A DNA stretch of 64,000 bases from Candidatus Methylomirabilota bacterium (GTDB lineage: Bacteria > Methylomirabilota > Methylomirabilia > Rokubacteriales > CSP1-6). This document shows positions 1 through 9,971 of this stretch, piece after piece. The translations under genes and the position numbers were made by a program. Every line of letters starts with the position of its first letter. Within the stretch, counting starts at the first letter, position 1. The stretch lies in assembly GCA_046726415.1 (NCBI GenBank), contig JBKPAK010000008.1, positions 1-64,000 of the forward strand, given 5' to 3'. The notes under the pieces were generated by a model. The model made no database searches. It saw only the letters and a list, made by a program, of their open reading frames with translations, and was not told where the DNA came from.

Positions 1-1
1 C

Positions 2-412
2 GGCCATGCATCTGATCTCGACCATCACCACGCCGGCGAACATCGGGGTGAGCACGGCCATCACCACCACGCCTCCCCGGCCACCTTGCGCGAGCTGTTC
101 ACCCTGGGAATCACGGGCGGCATCGTGCCGTGTCCGGCCGCGCTGGTCGTCCTGGTGAGTGCGATTGCTCTGCAGCGGACAGGATTCGGTCTGGTACTCA
201 TTCTCGCCTTCAGTGTCGGGCTGGCGTCGGTGCTGGTCGGCATTGGGCTCTTGATGGTCTATGCGCGCTGTTTCATGACCCGCATCCAGGGAGACGGGCG
301 GCTGGTGCGCCGCTGGCTCCCCCTGGCCTCGGCCGCGATCATCACCGCGCTGGGAGTGACCATTGCCGTCCAGGCCCTGGTCGCAGGAGGCATTGTCCAG
401 ATCCGGCTCTAG
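2..412 (+). CDS. RcnA/NicO-like nickel/cobalt transporter, 5'-truncated by window edge
   Basis: Frame open from base 2: His-rich loop (DHHHAGEHRGEHGHHHH), then GITGGIVPCPAALVVL motif and TM helices. Confidence 0.85.
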   Translation, partial: GHASDLDHHHAGEHRGEHGHHHHASPATLRELFTLGITGGIVPCPAALVVLVSAIALQRTGFGLVLILAFSVGLASVLVGIGLLMVYARCFMTRIQGDGRLVRRWLPLASAAIITALGVTIAVQALVAGGIVQIRL

Positions 413-673
413 GCTCCTCTGACCGTAGGCTCCGCTGACGAGACCTTCCTCTCTGAGCCATCTGATCCACAGAGCCCGTGACAACGGTCGGGCAAGCCTG
501 GTAGTATCCCGGGGCTTACCTACGACGTGGAGGACATGCACGGCGCCTACGCAGGTCAACCTTCTCGGTCCGGGGACGCCTCCCCCGAGTCCGAAGGGCC
601 GCGACTTCTCCACGCTTCCGGACCTTGGCAACCAACGGGTTGGCACCGTCTGCGAGGAGTCGATGGAGGCCTG

Positions 674-1564
674 ATGCCGGTTCTCCTCGCCCTCGTCCTC
701 GCCTTGGCGGGCTGTGGGGTCAACCGCTCGGTCGTTCCCGTCAATCTCCCTGCCCACACCTTGGAGCGCCCGACCCATTCAGAGAGCCTCAACTCCCCAG
801 ATGCCGCCGTGCGCGGTATCGCGGCCATCATGGTGCACGACCTCGGACTAATCATGCCCGAGCGCGTCACGGTCTACGTGTACTCGGGTCGCGAGGTCTT
901 CGAGCAGGGGCTCATTCGCGACGCCGACATTGCTCCCGCACGGGCCGCCGAGCTCAGCGATTTTGCCGTCGGGGTGGGCAAGCGGCGCCAACTCCTCCTC
1001 CACGATGAGCCGGGCATGAGCCAGGGTGGCGAGTGGCTTCGACTCATCGCCCATGAACTCACCCACGTCTCCCAAATCGAGCTCGCCCAGGGGGAAGGCA
1101 GAGCCGAGCAGTGGCTGGCGGAGGGCATGGCGGAGTGGGTGGCGTTCACTGTGCTCGAACGTCTCCGCCTCGATACGCTGAGCCGTCGCCGAGCAGTAGC
1201 AGTGGCCGGCGTTCGCTCCCAGGCCGCCCTGCAGGCAGGACGGCTCGATCTGGAGACCCTCGGGACGCCGCGGGGCTTCACCATGCGACACCTGCGCGAA
1301 GGATCGCTGCCGACCTACCAGCTCTCTTTCCTCATGACGGAGTATCTGATCCAGCGCGATGGCTTCAGCAGCCTCGTGCGGTATTTCGCCGCCGCCGCCG
1401 CGCGCAGTCGCGAGCGCCGTCTCGCCTTCCGCCACGCCTTCAGGCAGAGCCTGGAACAGTTCGAGCGCGAGGTGCTCGAATACCTTCAGCTGCTGGTCAA
1501 CGAGGGGGAGCCGGGAGACCCGGAGGTTCTCGCCAGGTCTTCCGCCAGCTCGGCACCTCGCTGA
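674..1564 (+). CDS. Putative lipoprotein with zincin/peptidase MA-like HExxH domain
   Basis: GGAGG RBS before ATG 674; lipobox LAGC; IAHELTH followed by WLAEGMAEW. Confidence 0.7.
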   Translation: MPVLLALVLALAGCGVNRSVVPVNLPAHTLERPTHSESLNSPDAAVRGIAAIMVHDLGLIMPERVTVYVYSGREVFEQGLIRDADIAPARAAELSDFAVGVGKRRQLLLHDEPGMSQGGEWLRLIAHELTHVSQIELAQGEGRAEQWLAEGMAEWVAFTVLERLRLDTLSRRRAVAVAGVRSQAALQAGRLDLETLGTPRGFTMRHLREGSLPTYQLSFLMTEYLIQRDGFSSLVRYFAAAAARSRERRLAFRHAFRQSLEQFEREVLEYLQLLVNEGEPGDPEVLARSSASSAPR

Positions 1565-2387
1565 AGGCTGCCCGCGGTGATGGGGCAGGGAGTGCGCCGT
1601 CTGCGGGAGGATCCCTCTGGCGCGCCGTGGTGCTCGTAATCATTGCTGGTTTCCTCGATGCGGTGGGCTTCCTCGCCCTCGCCGGGAGCTTCGTCGCGTT
1701 CATGAGCGGCAACACATCCGCAGGCGGTGCCTTCGCCGGAACGCTGGACATCTCTCTGGCGTTCCGGCAACTCTTTCCCCTGCCGCTCTTCGTCGCCGGC
1801 ATCTACATCGGGGCGCTCGTCGTCCAGGCGGCGCTGCCGGAGTCGCAAAACCGGCGCTACGCCATGGTCCTCCTAGCCGAGTGGGGGCTGATCGCGTTCG
1901 TTCTGGCGGCGGCGACGATGGAGGGTCTCCAATCTGCCGTGCCACTCGACCCACCCGGGCGCTTCTTTGGGCTGGCCGCTCCCCTGGCCGTGGCGATGGG
2001 GCTCCAGAACGCGATGCGGATGGACGTCAAGGGCGCGACTCTTGCCACGACCTACGTGACCGGTACACTGCACGTCGCGGCCCAGGCGCTGGCTCGTGCC
2101 ACGCTCCTCGCGGTCGCGGCGAGGCGAGCTCGGCGAGAAGCGCCGGTGGCCATCTCGGGGCGGGCAGGGCTCCGCATGGCGCGGGCGCCGCGGGGGGAGA
2201 CAGCGGCGCTGCGCGCCGAAGCGCGGGGGGCTGCGGAGTTGGGGCCACCGCGCTCATGGTGTGGGCCGGTTTCCTCGTGGGTGCAATGGCCGGCGGAGCG
2301 CTGTTTGGGCGCGCCAGGCTGGCCACCCTGCTCCTGCCGCTCGTGCTCGTGCTGGTGTTGGATACGCTGTGGCACCCGCGTCCTTGA
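1561..2387 (+). pseudogene. YoaK/DUF1275 membrane protein with an apparent frameshift near 2225-2245
   Basis: AGFLDAVGFL..FVAFMSGNT..AMGLQNA..TTYVTG in one frame; last TM helices (VWAGFLVGAMAGG) in another frame ending 2387; start uncertain (CTG 1561 or GTG 1627). Confidence 0.7.
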
Positions 2388-2413
2388 AGTGAGCGGGGAG
2401 GGGTCCCTATAAT
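2384..2413 (+). promoter_or_regulatory. Sigma70-type promoter of acs
   Basis: TTGAAG-18bp-TATAAT about 50 nt upstream of the acs ATG. Confidence 0.55.
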
Positions 2414-2463
2414 CGGCGCGCAGGCCCGATGTTCAATCCGCGCACGACGGTGAGGTCGCGTTC

Positions 2464-4410
2464 ATGGCCAAAGCTGCCCGACAGTCTGAGCCTATCGCCG
2501 CCCTCCTCAAAGAGGGCCGCAAGTTCCCGCCGCCCAAGAGCTTCGCCAAGCAGGCGCGCGTCGCCTCCGCTGGCGTCTACCGGGAAGCTCAGCGGGATCC
2601 CGTCCGCTTCTGGGAGAAGCAGGCCAAGACTCTGCGCTGGATGAAGCCCTGGAAGAAGGCCCACGAGTGGAAGCTGCCGTACGCCAAGTGGTTTGTGGGC
2701 GGCAAGCTCAACGCCTCCGACAACTGCCTCGACCGGCACGTCGAGGGGCCTCGGCGCACGAAGGCCGCCCTGGTCTGGGAAGGCGAGCCGGGCGATCGGC
2801 GCACGCTCACCTACTACGACCTCTACCGCGAGGTCAATCGCTTCGCCTCCGCTCTGCGCCAGCACGGGGTGAAGAAAGGCGACCCGGTCACCATCTACAT
2901 GCCGATGATTCCCGAGGTGGTGGTGGCGATGTTGGCCTGCGCCCGTATCGGCGCTCCCCACAGCGTGGTGTTCGGTGGCTTCTCACCAGAGTCGCTCCGC
3001 GATCGCATCAACGACTGCAAGTCGCGGATCGTCATCACCGCCGACGGCGGCTACCGCCGGGGAACGGTGGTACCGCTCAAGCGCAACGTGGACGAGGCCC
3101 TCAAGGAGTGTCCGACGGTGGCCTCGGTGATCGTGGCCAAGCGCGTGGGAAATGAGCTGTCGTGGCAGGCCGACCGCGACATCTGGTGGGACGATTTCGT
3201 CAAGGAGGCCCCGGCCTTCTGCAAGCCCGAGCCCATGGACGCAGAGGACATGCTGTACCTCCTCTACACGTCGGGCTCGACCGGCAAACCGAAGGGCATC
3301 GTCCACAGCACGGGCGGCTACCTCACAGGGGTGTCAGCGACGCATGCCATGATTTTCGATCTCCGCGAGGGCGATACCTTCTGGTGCACCGCCGACGTGG
3401 GCTGGGTCACTGGGCACTCGTACATCGTGTACGGTCCCCTCGCCAACGGTGCCACCGTGGTCATGTACGAGGGCACGCCCGATTGGCCCGACAAGGACCG
3501 CTTCTGGCGCATCGTGGAGCGGCACGGGGTGACAATCCTCTACACGGCGCCGACGGCTATCCGCACGTTCGTGCGGTGGGGCGACCAGTATCCCGCGCGC
3601 TGCGACCTCTCGTCCTTGCGCCTCCTGGGCACGGTGGGCGAGCCCATCAATCCCGAAGCGTGGGTGTGGTACTGGAAGGTGATCGGCGGAGGCCGCTGCC
3701 CCATCGTCGATACCTGGTGGCAAACGGAAACAGGCCAGATTCTCATCACCCCGCTGCCCGGCATTACCGTGACCAAGCCCGGATCGGCGACCTTTCCGTT
3801 CCCTGGCGTCGAGGCCGATATCGTCAACGAGCGAGGCGAATCCGTCCAGGCCGGCTATCTGGTGCTGAAGCGGCCGTGGCCCGCCATGCTGCGGGGCATC
3901 TATGGAGACCCCGAGCGATACGTGCAAACGTACTGGAGCCAGGTCCCCGGCATGTACTTCACCGGCGACGGGGCCAAGCGCGATAGGGACGGATATTTCT
4001 GGCTGCTCGGCCGGGTGGACGACGTCATGAACATCTCCGGGCACCGCGTGTCCACCATGGAGGTCGAGTCGGCGCTGGTCGAGCATCCGGCGGTGGCCGA
4101 GGCGGCCGTCATCGGGCGGACCCACGACATTAAGGGGCAAGCCATCGCCGCCTTCGTCACCGTCAAAGAAGGTCGGGATATGTCCAAGGATCTCCAGGAG
4201 GAGATCAAGGCGCACGTGACGAAGAAGATCGGCGCGTTGGCCCGTCCCGACGATATCATCCACGCCGCCGAGCTGCCGAAGACGCGGAGTGGCAAGATCA
4301 TGCGGCGACTCCTCCGCGACATCGCCGAGGGGCGTGCCCTGGGCGACACGACGACCTTGGCCGACCCCAACGTCATCGCCGTCCTCAAGACCAAGTACGC
4401 GGAGGAGTAG
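2464..4410 (+). CDS. acs: Acetyl-CoA synthetase (AMP-forming)
   Basis: [20 protein letters not shown] and [12 protein letters not shown] motifs; 648 aa. Confidence 0.97.
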   Translation: MAKAARQSEPIAALLKEGRKFPPPKSFAKQARVASAGVYREAQRDPVRFWEKQAKTLRWMKPWKKAHEWKLPYAKWFVGGKLNASDNCLDRHVEGPRRTKAALVWEGEPGDRRTLTYYDLYREVNRFASALRQHGVKKGDPVTIYMPMIPEVVVAMLACARIGAPHSVVFGGFSPESLRDRINDCKSRIVITADGGYRRGTVVPLKRNVDEALKECPTVASVIVAKRVGNELSWQADRDIWWDDFVKEAPAFCKPEPMDAEDMLYLLYTSGSTGKPKGIVHSTGGYLTGVSATHAMIFDLREGDTFWCTADVGWVTGHSYIVYGPLANGATVVMYEGTPDWPDKDRFWRIVERHGVTILYTAPTAIRTFVRWGDQYPARCDLSSLRLLGTVGEPINPEAWVWYWKVIGGGRCPIVDTWWQTETGQILITPLPGITVTKPGSATFPFPGVEADIVNERGESVQAGYLVLKRPWPAMLRGIYGDPERYVQTYWSQVPGMYFTGDGAKRDRDGYFWLLGRVDDVMNISGHRVSTMEVESALVEHPAVAEAAVIGRTHDIKGQAIAAFVTVKEGRDMSKDLQEEIKAHVTKKIGALARPDDIIHAAELPKTRSGKIMRRLLRDIAEGRALGDTTTLADPNVIAVLKTKYAEE

Positions 4411-4426
4411 GGGGCGGCCCGGCCGC

Positions 4427-4466
4427 TTGACGCGGTTTCATATTTCTATATACTTCGAAATATGAA
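4427..4466 (+). promoter_or_regulatory. arsR promoter with overlapping inverted-repeat operator; probably leaderless
   Basis: TTGACG(4427)-16bp-TATACT(4449); perfect IR TTCATATTTC-N10-GAAATATGAA (4437-4466) spanning the -10 and the ATG. Confidence 0.75.
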
Positions 4467-4761
4467 GACGGTGCCGGTGGCCCGGCTCGAAGCGCAGGCG
4501 CGCCACGTCGAGGCCTTCAAGGCGCTGGCCCATCCCACCCGCCTGCAGGTGTTCTTCTTCCTGGTGCGGGCCGATCGCGAGGTGCCGGCTGGGGAGATCC
4601 AGGCGGAGCTGGAGATTCCCGGGCCCACCCTCTCCCACCACCTCGATCTGCTGCGCCGGGCCGGGCTGGTGACGCGCCGTCGGGAGGAGCGATTCGTCTA
4701 CTACGCGCCGCGGTCCCAGATGGTGTCGGAGCTGGTGCGCCTGCTGACCGCCTGTTGCTAG
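4462..4761 (+). CDS. arsR: ArsR/SmtB family repressor ending in Cys-Cys
   Basis: FKALAHPTRL..TLSHHLDLLRRAGLV HTH; C-terminal LTACC. Confidence 0.9.
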   Translation: MKTVPVARLEAQARHVEAFKALAHPTRLQVFFFLVRADREVPAGEIQAELEIPGPTLSHHLDLLRRAGLVTRRREERFVYYAPRSQMVSELVRLLTACC

Positions 4762-4782
4762 ACCACTGACATGGAGGACATC

Positions 4783-5256
4783 ATGCTCGACGGCCCGAAA
4801 GTGCATGTGCACATGACGGTCTCGGATCTCGCCAAGAGCACGGAGTTCTATGCGAAGTTTCTCGGCGTCGGGCCGATCAAGGAGAAACCCGGCTACGTGA
4901 AGTTTCTCCCGGCTTTCGGGCCGCTTAACCTCGCGCTGTCCGAGTCGCGACCCGGCCAGGGCCGAGGCCACGTCGACCACATGGGCATCCAGGTGGAGAC
5001 CACGGACATCGTTCTGCACGAGCTGGCCCGGGTGAAGGCTGCGGGATTGACGGTGCGCGAGGAGTTCAGCGTCAACTGCTGCCACGCCAACCAGGACAAG
5101 TTCTGGGTGGCCGACCCCGACGGCGTGGACTGGGAAGTCTACGTTCTGAACCACGACCTCGAGGACGGCCCAACCCGCGCTACCGACGCTCACCACATGA
5201 CCCTGGGCAAGGGGCTGACGGTCGCCATGGCCAGTTCCTGCTGCTCGTCGTCGTAG
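4783..5256 (+). CDS. arsI: ArsI/CadI family VOC metalloenzyme (C-As lyase-like)
   Basis: VHVH, DHMG, NCCHANQDKFWVADPDG-WE motifs and a C-terminal CC; GGAGG RBS favours ATG 4783. Confidence 0.85.
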   Translation: MLDGPKVHVHMTVSDLAKSTEFYAKFLGVGPIKEKPGYVKFLPAFGPLNLALSESRPGQGRGHVDHMGIQVETTDIVLHELARVKAAGLTVREEFSVNCCHANQDKFWVADPDGVDWEVYVLNHDLEDGPTRATDAHHMTLGKGLTVAMASSCCSSS

Positions 5257-5260
5257 CACA

Positions 5261-5596
5261 GTGAAAGCGCAGGCGAGCCCCGCAACCGCGTCCCCCGTGA
5301 CGGTCACCGTTCCGGTCGAAGTGGTGTCGTGGGTCACGAAGTTCGTCGGCGGTGATGGCTCGGGGCGGCGTGTGTTCGAGGAACCACTGGTGCCCGGGAC
5401 TACCGTGCGTTCCGCTCTCCGAGCACTGTCGGCGCGCTTCCCCGAGCTGGAGCGCGCGCTCTGGAACGGGCAGCAACTTGGCGAGCACATCGAGGTCCTG
5501 GTCAACGACGCCGTCCTGGACGTCCACCACACGATCGACTCCCCCCTCAAGCCAGGCGACCGCATCGCCCTCCTCGGGCAGTACATGGGGGGCTGA
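5261..5596 (+). CDS. MoaD/ThiS ubiquitin-like sulfur-carrier protein
   Basis: VLVND..LKPGDRIALL and C-terminal GG. Confidence 0.8.
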   Translation: MKAQASPATASPVTVTVPVEVVSWVTKFVGGDGSGRRVFEEPLVPGTTVRSALRALSARFPELERALWNGQQLGEHIEVLVNDAVLDVHHTIDSPLKPGDRIALLGQYMGG

Positions 5597-5878
5597 CCGG
5601 CGGGGCTCGCCCACTGACGTGGAGGACAGTTCGTGGATCGTCGCGAGACGGCGCGCGGCACCATCACGCCGGTTCGTCAAGTGTAGGTGCTGGTCGTGTT
5701 AAACGGCCTCTGGTATCCCCAGGCGGCTGTCGAGATCGTCGGGAATGCGTGAAGTGCGAGGCAGTGGCCGCTCGTTAGTGATGCGTCGATCGGTACAGGT
5801 ACTGGCCCCCGCCGAAGCCGGCGGCTCGCGACGCGATCGGAGCCGGAGCTGCTCTACCCTGCCCGTCGGGCGGCCACC

Positions 5879-6643
5879 TCACGCAGGCGCCGTTCCGGAC
5901 CAGCGTGCCCTCTTGCCCTTCCCGCTGACGGCGCTGAGCTTGGTCACCGACTCCAAGAGCCTCGCCGAGTATGGGTTGCTCACCTCGCGCTTCACGATGA
6001 TGTCGGTCGGCGAGACCTCCTTGTCATAGTACGCGTTGTTGAGGCTGCCGCGGATCGCCACGACGGCGCCATCCACTGAGACCCCGCCATACAGTCCCTT
6101 GGAACGGATGAAAGACAAGATGTCCGCGCTGAGGTTCTCGGTGGCAGCCTTCGCGCCCACGCCGACCGGGCCCGCCGCCACGCTCGCGTCGGCCCCCAGC
6201 TTGAAGCTGGTACTGAGCATCGCGCTCACGCCACGCTCGGTCATGGCTACCAGGATTACCTCCGAGGACTGGCCGCCCGCCTGGAAGCCGAAGCTCGCCT
6301 CGCCCATCGTGTAGAAGGCCGGCTGGCTCCAGCTATTCTTGTCGTGGGCAACGAAGACCCCGCTACCCCCGGCCGCCCCAAATATGAAGGCTCCCTTGAG
6401 GAGGGCTGGACAGATGAAAAGACCGCGGCCCTTCTCTGCGAGGTCGCGCAGGGCCGACATCATCTTGTCGCTGCGGAACGCGTCGACGGTGAGCCGCGCC
6501 TTGTCGACGAGGCCTTTGGCATCGCCGAGATCGTCGGCGCGAGCGAGGCCCGGCACGGCGGCGACGAGCGCGGCCGCCTGGGCACCAGCGAGAAGGAAGG
6601 TGCGTCGGGTTACGGCGTCACGCGGCATCGTTGGCTGGATCAT
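5879..6643 (-). CDS. Tat-exported YSC84/SYLF lipid-binding domain protein
   Basis: AAGGAG RBS; TRRTFL Tat motif; KGAFIFG..GSG, GFQAGG and SKGLYGGVSVDG motifs. Confidence 0.85.
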   Translation of the reverse strand: MIQPTMPRDAVTRRTFLLAGAQAAALVAAVPGLARADDLGDAKGLVDKARLTVDAFRSDKMMSALRDLAEKGRGLFICPALLKGAFIFGAAGGSGVFVAHDKNSWSQPAFYTMGEASFGFQAGGQSSEVILVAMTERGVSAMLSTSFKLGADASVAAGPVGVGAKAATENLSADILSFIRSKGLYGGVSVDGAVVAIRGSLNNAYYDKEVSPTDIIVKREVSNPYSARLLESVTKLSAVSGKGKRARWSGTAPA

Positions 6644-6817
6644 GTCCGGCTCCTTTGTCTGGAAATCACTTCTGTCCACCGCCAGTCCCCCCGATGGGCA
6701 GTCGACTGGTGTCCTGGTCAAAAACCCCCGTTCGGCCCACCTCTTGAACTTACGCCATACCTCCCTCTGGGCCGGGTACAGTCGAGGCACCGACGCGACT
6801 CCGGGCCGGGAGCCTGA

Positions 6818-7145
6818 ATGCTCCCCCCTGTTCGCGCTCTCGACGTTCCTCCGTACGTTGCTCTTCGGGTCGACGGCAGCGCCCTCGAAAACGTGGCGCT
6901 GCGCCATCAACTCGCCGTCCTCCAGCGCTCCGTTCGCCGCCCACGCCTGTCGCGCTGGGATCAGATCTTCTGGCTTGGCTTCTCAGCCTCCTCATCGTTA
7001 GGCCCCCCACGGTCCTTGCCTGGGCACCGCCGGGGCTTCTAGTTCTACTGGTGGTGGAAGTCCACGACGAGCGCGGTTGGCGCCCACGACTCGACGCCGA
7101 GATTCGCCACCTGATCCGACGCATGGCCTGGGGGAATCCCTGGGG
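6818..7145 (+). pseudogene. Degenerate N-terminal fragment of an rve/integrase-core transposase
   Basis: ALENVALRHQLAVLQRSVRRPRL..DQIFW and RPRLDAEIRHLIRRMA.GNPWG in broken frames; no catalytic DDE part. Confidence 0.7.
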
Positions 7146-7203
7146 CCGAGGTGGTTTTGCTGACTCCGCCTTTGAGCTTGAAGAGTGCGATCCGCTTAGC
7201 CAT
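7146..7203 (-). pseudogene. ParA/Soj ATPase N-terminal fragment
   Basis: AAGGAG RBS, then MAKRIALFKLKGGVSKTT (deviant Walker A), truncated at the transposase remnant. Confidence 0.65.
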
Positions 7204-7511
7204 GCCATGCTACTCCTTGTCTCGGCCCTCCGCACGGCTGCCCGGCGCTTAGTCAGCCGATCGGCCAAGCAAAACGATCTTCTGCGAAGCTGGCTTCATC
7301 CTCGCGCTAGTGGATTCGGAGCGCCGTTTTCGACCGCTCAGATGTCGGTGTCAGGAGGATGAGTCCGCGCCCAAAGCAGGCGCAAGGTGGGCCAAGCACC
7401 ACCCCTGTGAAGCGTCGGCGTCAGCGGGGCCCGTAGGCCACGCGAGCCGCGCCTCGCATATCCCGCCTCGCCCGCAGCGGCGAATCGCCTGATCGGGGCC
7501 CCCTAGCGACG

Positions 7512-7685
7512 TTGGCGCGCCGAGGTCACCGCGGGTTCATCTCGCTGGTCGAGAACGGCCGGCGCGAGCCGAGCCTTCGGACGGTGAGCCGACTGGCCAA
7601 GGCGCTCAGCGTCAGTGTGGCGGAGCTGTGGAGTAGCGAGGAAGTAGTGCCCGGCGGGCGGTCGGGGCCACGCTGCAGGCCGTAG
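7512..7685 (+). pseudogene. XRE-family HTH regulator fragment (N-terminus missing)
   Basis: LARRGHRGFISLVENGRREPSLRTVSRLAKALSVSVAELW. Confidence 0.7.
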
Positions 7686-7772
7686 GCGCACACGTGCGGT
7701 ACATGCACAGACTGAGGGGACGATGAACCGCCCAACGATCAGCGACCACCACGGAAACGCAACCCGGCGGAG

Positions 7773-7791
7773 CCTGTTAGAATCTAACAGG
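7773..7791. repeat. Perfect palindrome (operator or collapsed IS ends)
   Basis: CCTGTTAGA-A-TCTAACAGG; second palindrome AGTAATTACT at 7837-7846. Confidence 0.6.
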
Positions 7792-7865
7792 AATCGCCAC
7801 GACCAAGCACCAGGCTGGACTACTAACCAGAAACCGAGTAATTACTACAGGCGTTCACGACGACC

Positions 7866-9971
7866 ATGGCAGCGTCGACGATGACCACCGCGGCACCGTT
7901 CTCTCATTTCCCACGCGAGCGAACGTGGCTGCTCCCCGCCCTCGACGCGGTGCAGCGCGCCGACGGCAGCGTCTCGCCCGCCAGCCTGGCGGCCATTGCC
8001 GCGCATCTGCGCGTGCCTCTCAGCGAGGTCTGGGGCGTGGCGACGCACTACCCGGAACTGCGCTTGACGCCTCCCGGTGGGCGACTCGTCCGCGTGTGTA
8101 CGGGCGTCAGCTGTCGGGTGCGCGGCGGTATCGAACTGCTTCGCGAGTCCCAGCGACGGCTCGGCATACCGGCGGGCGCCACCACCGCCGATGGAGCGAT
8201 CACTCTCGAGGAGATGGACTGCGCCTTCGCGTGCGGAGTCGCCCCCACCATCCAAGTGGGCCACCGTCTCGTCGGTCGCGTGCAGATCGGGGAGCTCGAC
8301 GGTGTGCTCGGGCAGTCGACGTCGACCCACGAGCGTTCGACGCAGCATCCGCGATTCGCCGGCACTGCCGCGGAACCCGCGGGCCTCTCGACGGCGGATG
8401 CGGTAGCCGCATCGCCGGCGGCCCGGTTCGCGCACCTACGGCGCGAGGCCGAGCGCCGCGCGGGAACACCGCGTTTCGTGGTGGGACTGGGCAGTTGCGG
8501 GCTCGCCGTGGGGGCCGGCGAGACGCTCGACGCGCTGAGGGCCGAGATTGCGCGCCGGGAACTGCCGTTCATCGCCGTGGCCGGAGGCTGCAACGGGTCC
8601 TGCTGGGCGGCTCCGGCGGTCAGCGTGCTCCGCGACGGCGCCCCGCCGCTCGTGGCCGGTTCTCTGGCCGCGCCCGACGTGCCGCGCTTCGTCGACGACA
8701 TCGCCTCCGGCGCCGAAGCGGGCCGATGGGAGCTCGATCCGCGCTGGTTCGCCGCCCAACATCGAGTTCTCCTCTCGGGCTGCGGCACCATCGATCCTTG
8801 CGACATCACGGACGCCCTTCGGCGTGGGGCGTACGGCGCGCTGGTGCGCTGCCTCGAGGACACTCGCCCCGCCCGGGTGATCGAGGAGGTCCGGGCGGCC
8901 GGCCTCCTGGGGCGGGGAGGTGCCTACTTCCAGACGGCGGTGAAGTGGGAGGGATGTCGCGCGGCCCACGGAGCCCCCAAATACATCGTCGTCAACGGGG
9001 AGGAAGGCGAGCCGGGGATCTTCAAGGACCGTCACCTCATGGAGGGCGACCCGCACCTGCTCCTCGAAGGCGTTGCGCTGGCCGCCTTCGCAGTCGGCGC
9101 CACGCGGGGCATCGTCTACGTGCACGGCGAAGCCGATCTGTCGGCAGCCCGGCTGGCCGCGGCGATCGAGCAGGCGCGGGCCTGGGGGCTCCTCGGCGAA
9201 CGCATTCTGGGTTCCGACTTCTCGCTCGATCTGACGATCCGCCGGGGCCTGGGCGGTTTCGTCCTCGGCGAGGAGACCGCGCTCCTCGAGTCCATCGAGG
9301 GGCGGCGGGCCATGCCGCGGACGCGGCCGCCGTTTCCAGTGGAATCCGGCCTCTGGGGCAAGCCGACCGTCATCAACAACGTCGAGACGCTGTGCGCGGT
9401 GCCGCCCATCATGGAGCGCGGCGGCGCGTGGTTCGCCCGTCACGGTCGAGGATACGGCACCAAGCTGTTCGGGCTCTCGGGGCAGCTGCGGCGGCCTGGC
9501 GTGGTGGAGGTCGACGTCGGCGTCACCCTCCGCGATTTGATCGACGACTTGGGCGGCGGCCCGTCGTCGGACCACCCGGTGCGGGCGGCGGTGGTCGGCG
9601 GCCCCTCGGGCAGCGTCGTGCACCCCCGCAACTTCGATGAGCCGCTGATCCCCCGTGGCCCAGTGAATCCGGGGACGGGGGGCGTCGCTGCGCTCGATAC
9701 GGAGGGTTCTGTGCGCGACGCCGTGCGCACCGTGCTGGCCTTCAACACGCGCGAGTCGTGCGGGAAGTGCACGCCCTGCCGCGAGGGGACCGCACGTCTC
9801 TTGGCGATGCTCGACGCGCCCCTCGACGTCACGCGGGTGAAGGCGCTGGCCGAGATCATCCAGTTGGCTTCACTCTGCGGTCTCGGGCAGGCCGCGCCGG
9901 TTGCGGTGCTGTCAGGGCTGGCCGAGTTTCCGGAGGAGTTCGGCGCGGTGGACGCGGGGAATCGGCCGTGA
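7866..9971 (+). CDS. NuoE-NuoF (FdsG-FdsB-like) fusion, NAD(H)-linked diaphorase subunit of formate dehydrogenase
   Basis: CTGVSC..CAFAC [2Fe-2S]; second thioredoxin-like Cys domain; GLLGRGGAYF, EEGEPG, GEETAL FMN/NADH motifs; SCGKCTPCREG..SLCGLG [4Fe-4S]. Confidence 0.9.
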   Translation: MAASTMTTAAPFSHFPRERTWLLPALDAVQRADGSVSPASLAAIAAHLRVPLSEVWGVATHYPELRLTPPGGRLVRVCTGVSCRVRGGIELLRESQRRLGIPAGATTADGAITLEEMDCAFACGVAPTIQVGHRLVGRVQIGELDGVLGQSTSTHERSTQHPRFAGTAAEPAGLSTADAVAASPAARFAHLRREAERRAGTPRFVVGLGSCGLAVGAGETLDALRAEIARRELPFIAVAGGCNGSCWAAPAVSVLRDGAPPLVAGSLAAPDVPRFVDDIASGAEAGRWELDPRWFAAQHRVLLSGCGTIDPCDITDALRRGAYGALVRCLEDTRPARVIEEVRAAGLLGRGGAYFQTAVKWEGCRAAHGAPKYIVVNGEEGEPGIFKDRHLMEGDPHLLLEGVALAAFAVGATRGIVYVHGEADLSAARLAAAIEQARAWGLLGERILGSDFSLDLTIRRGLGGFVLGEETALLESIEGRRAMPRTRPPFPVESGLWGKPTVINNVETLCAVPPIMERGGAWFARHGRGYGTKLFGLSGQLRRPGVVEVDVGVTLRDLIDDLGGGPSSDHPVRAAVVGGPSGSVVHPRNFDEPLIPRGPVNPGTGGVAALDTEGSVRDAVRTVLAFNTRESCGKCTPCREGTARLLAMLDAPLDVTRVKALAEIIQLASLCGLGQAAPVAVLSGLAEFPEEFGAVDAGNRP

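Noticed and set aside
7866-9971. Respiratory complex I or electron-bifurcating hydrogenase subunit
   Set aside because: Coupled to an FDH alpha subunit, no other nuo/hyd genes, and no C-terminal ferredoxin domain
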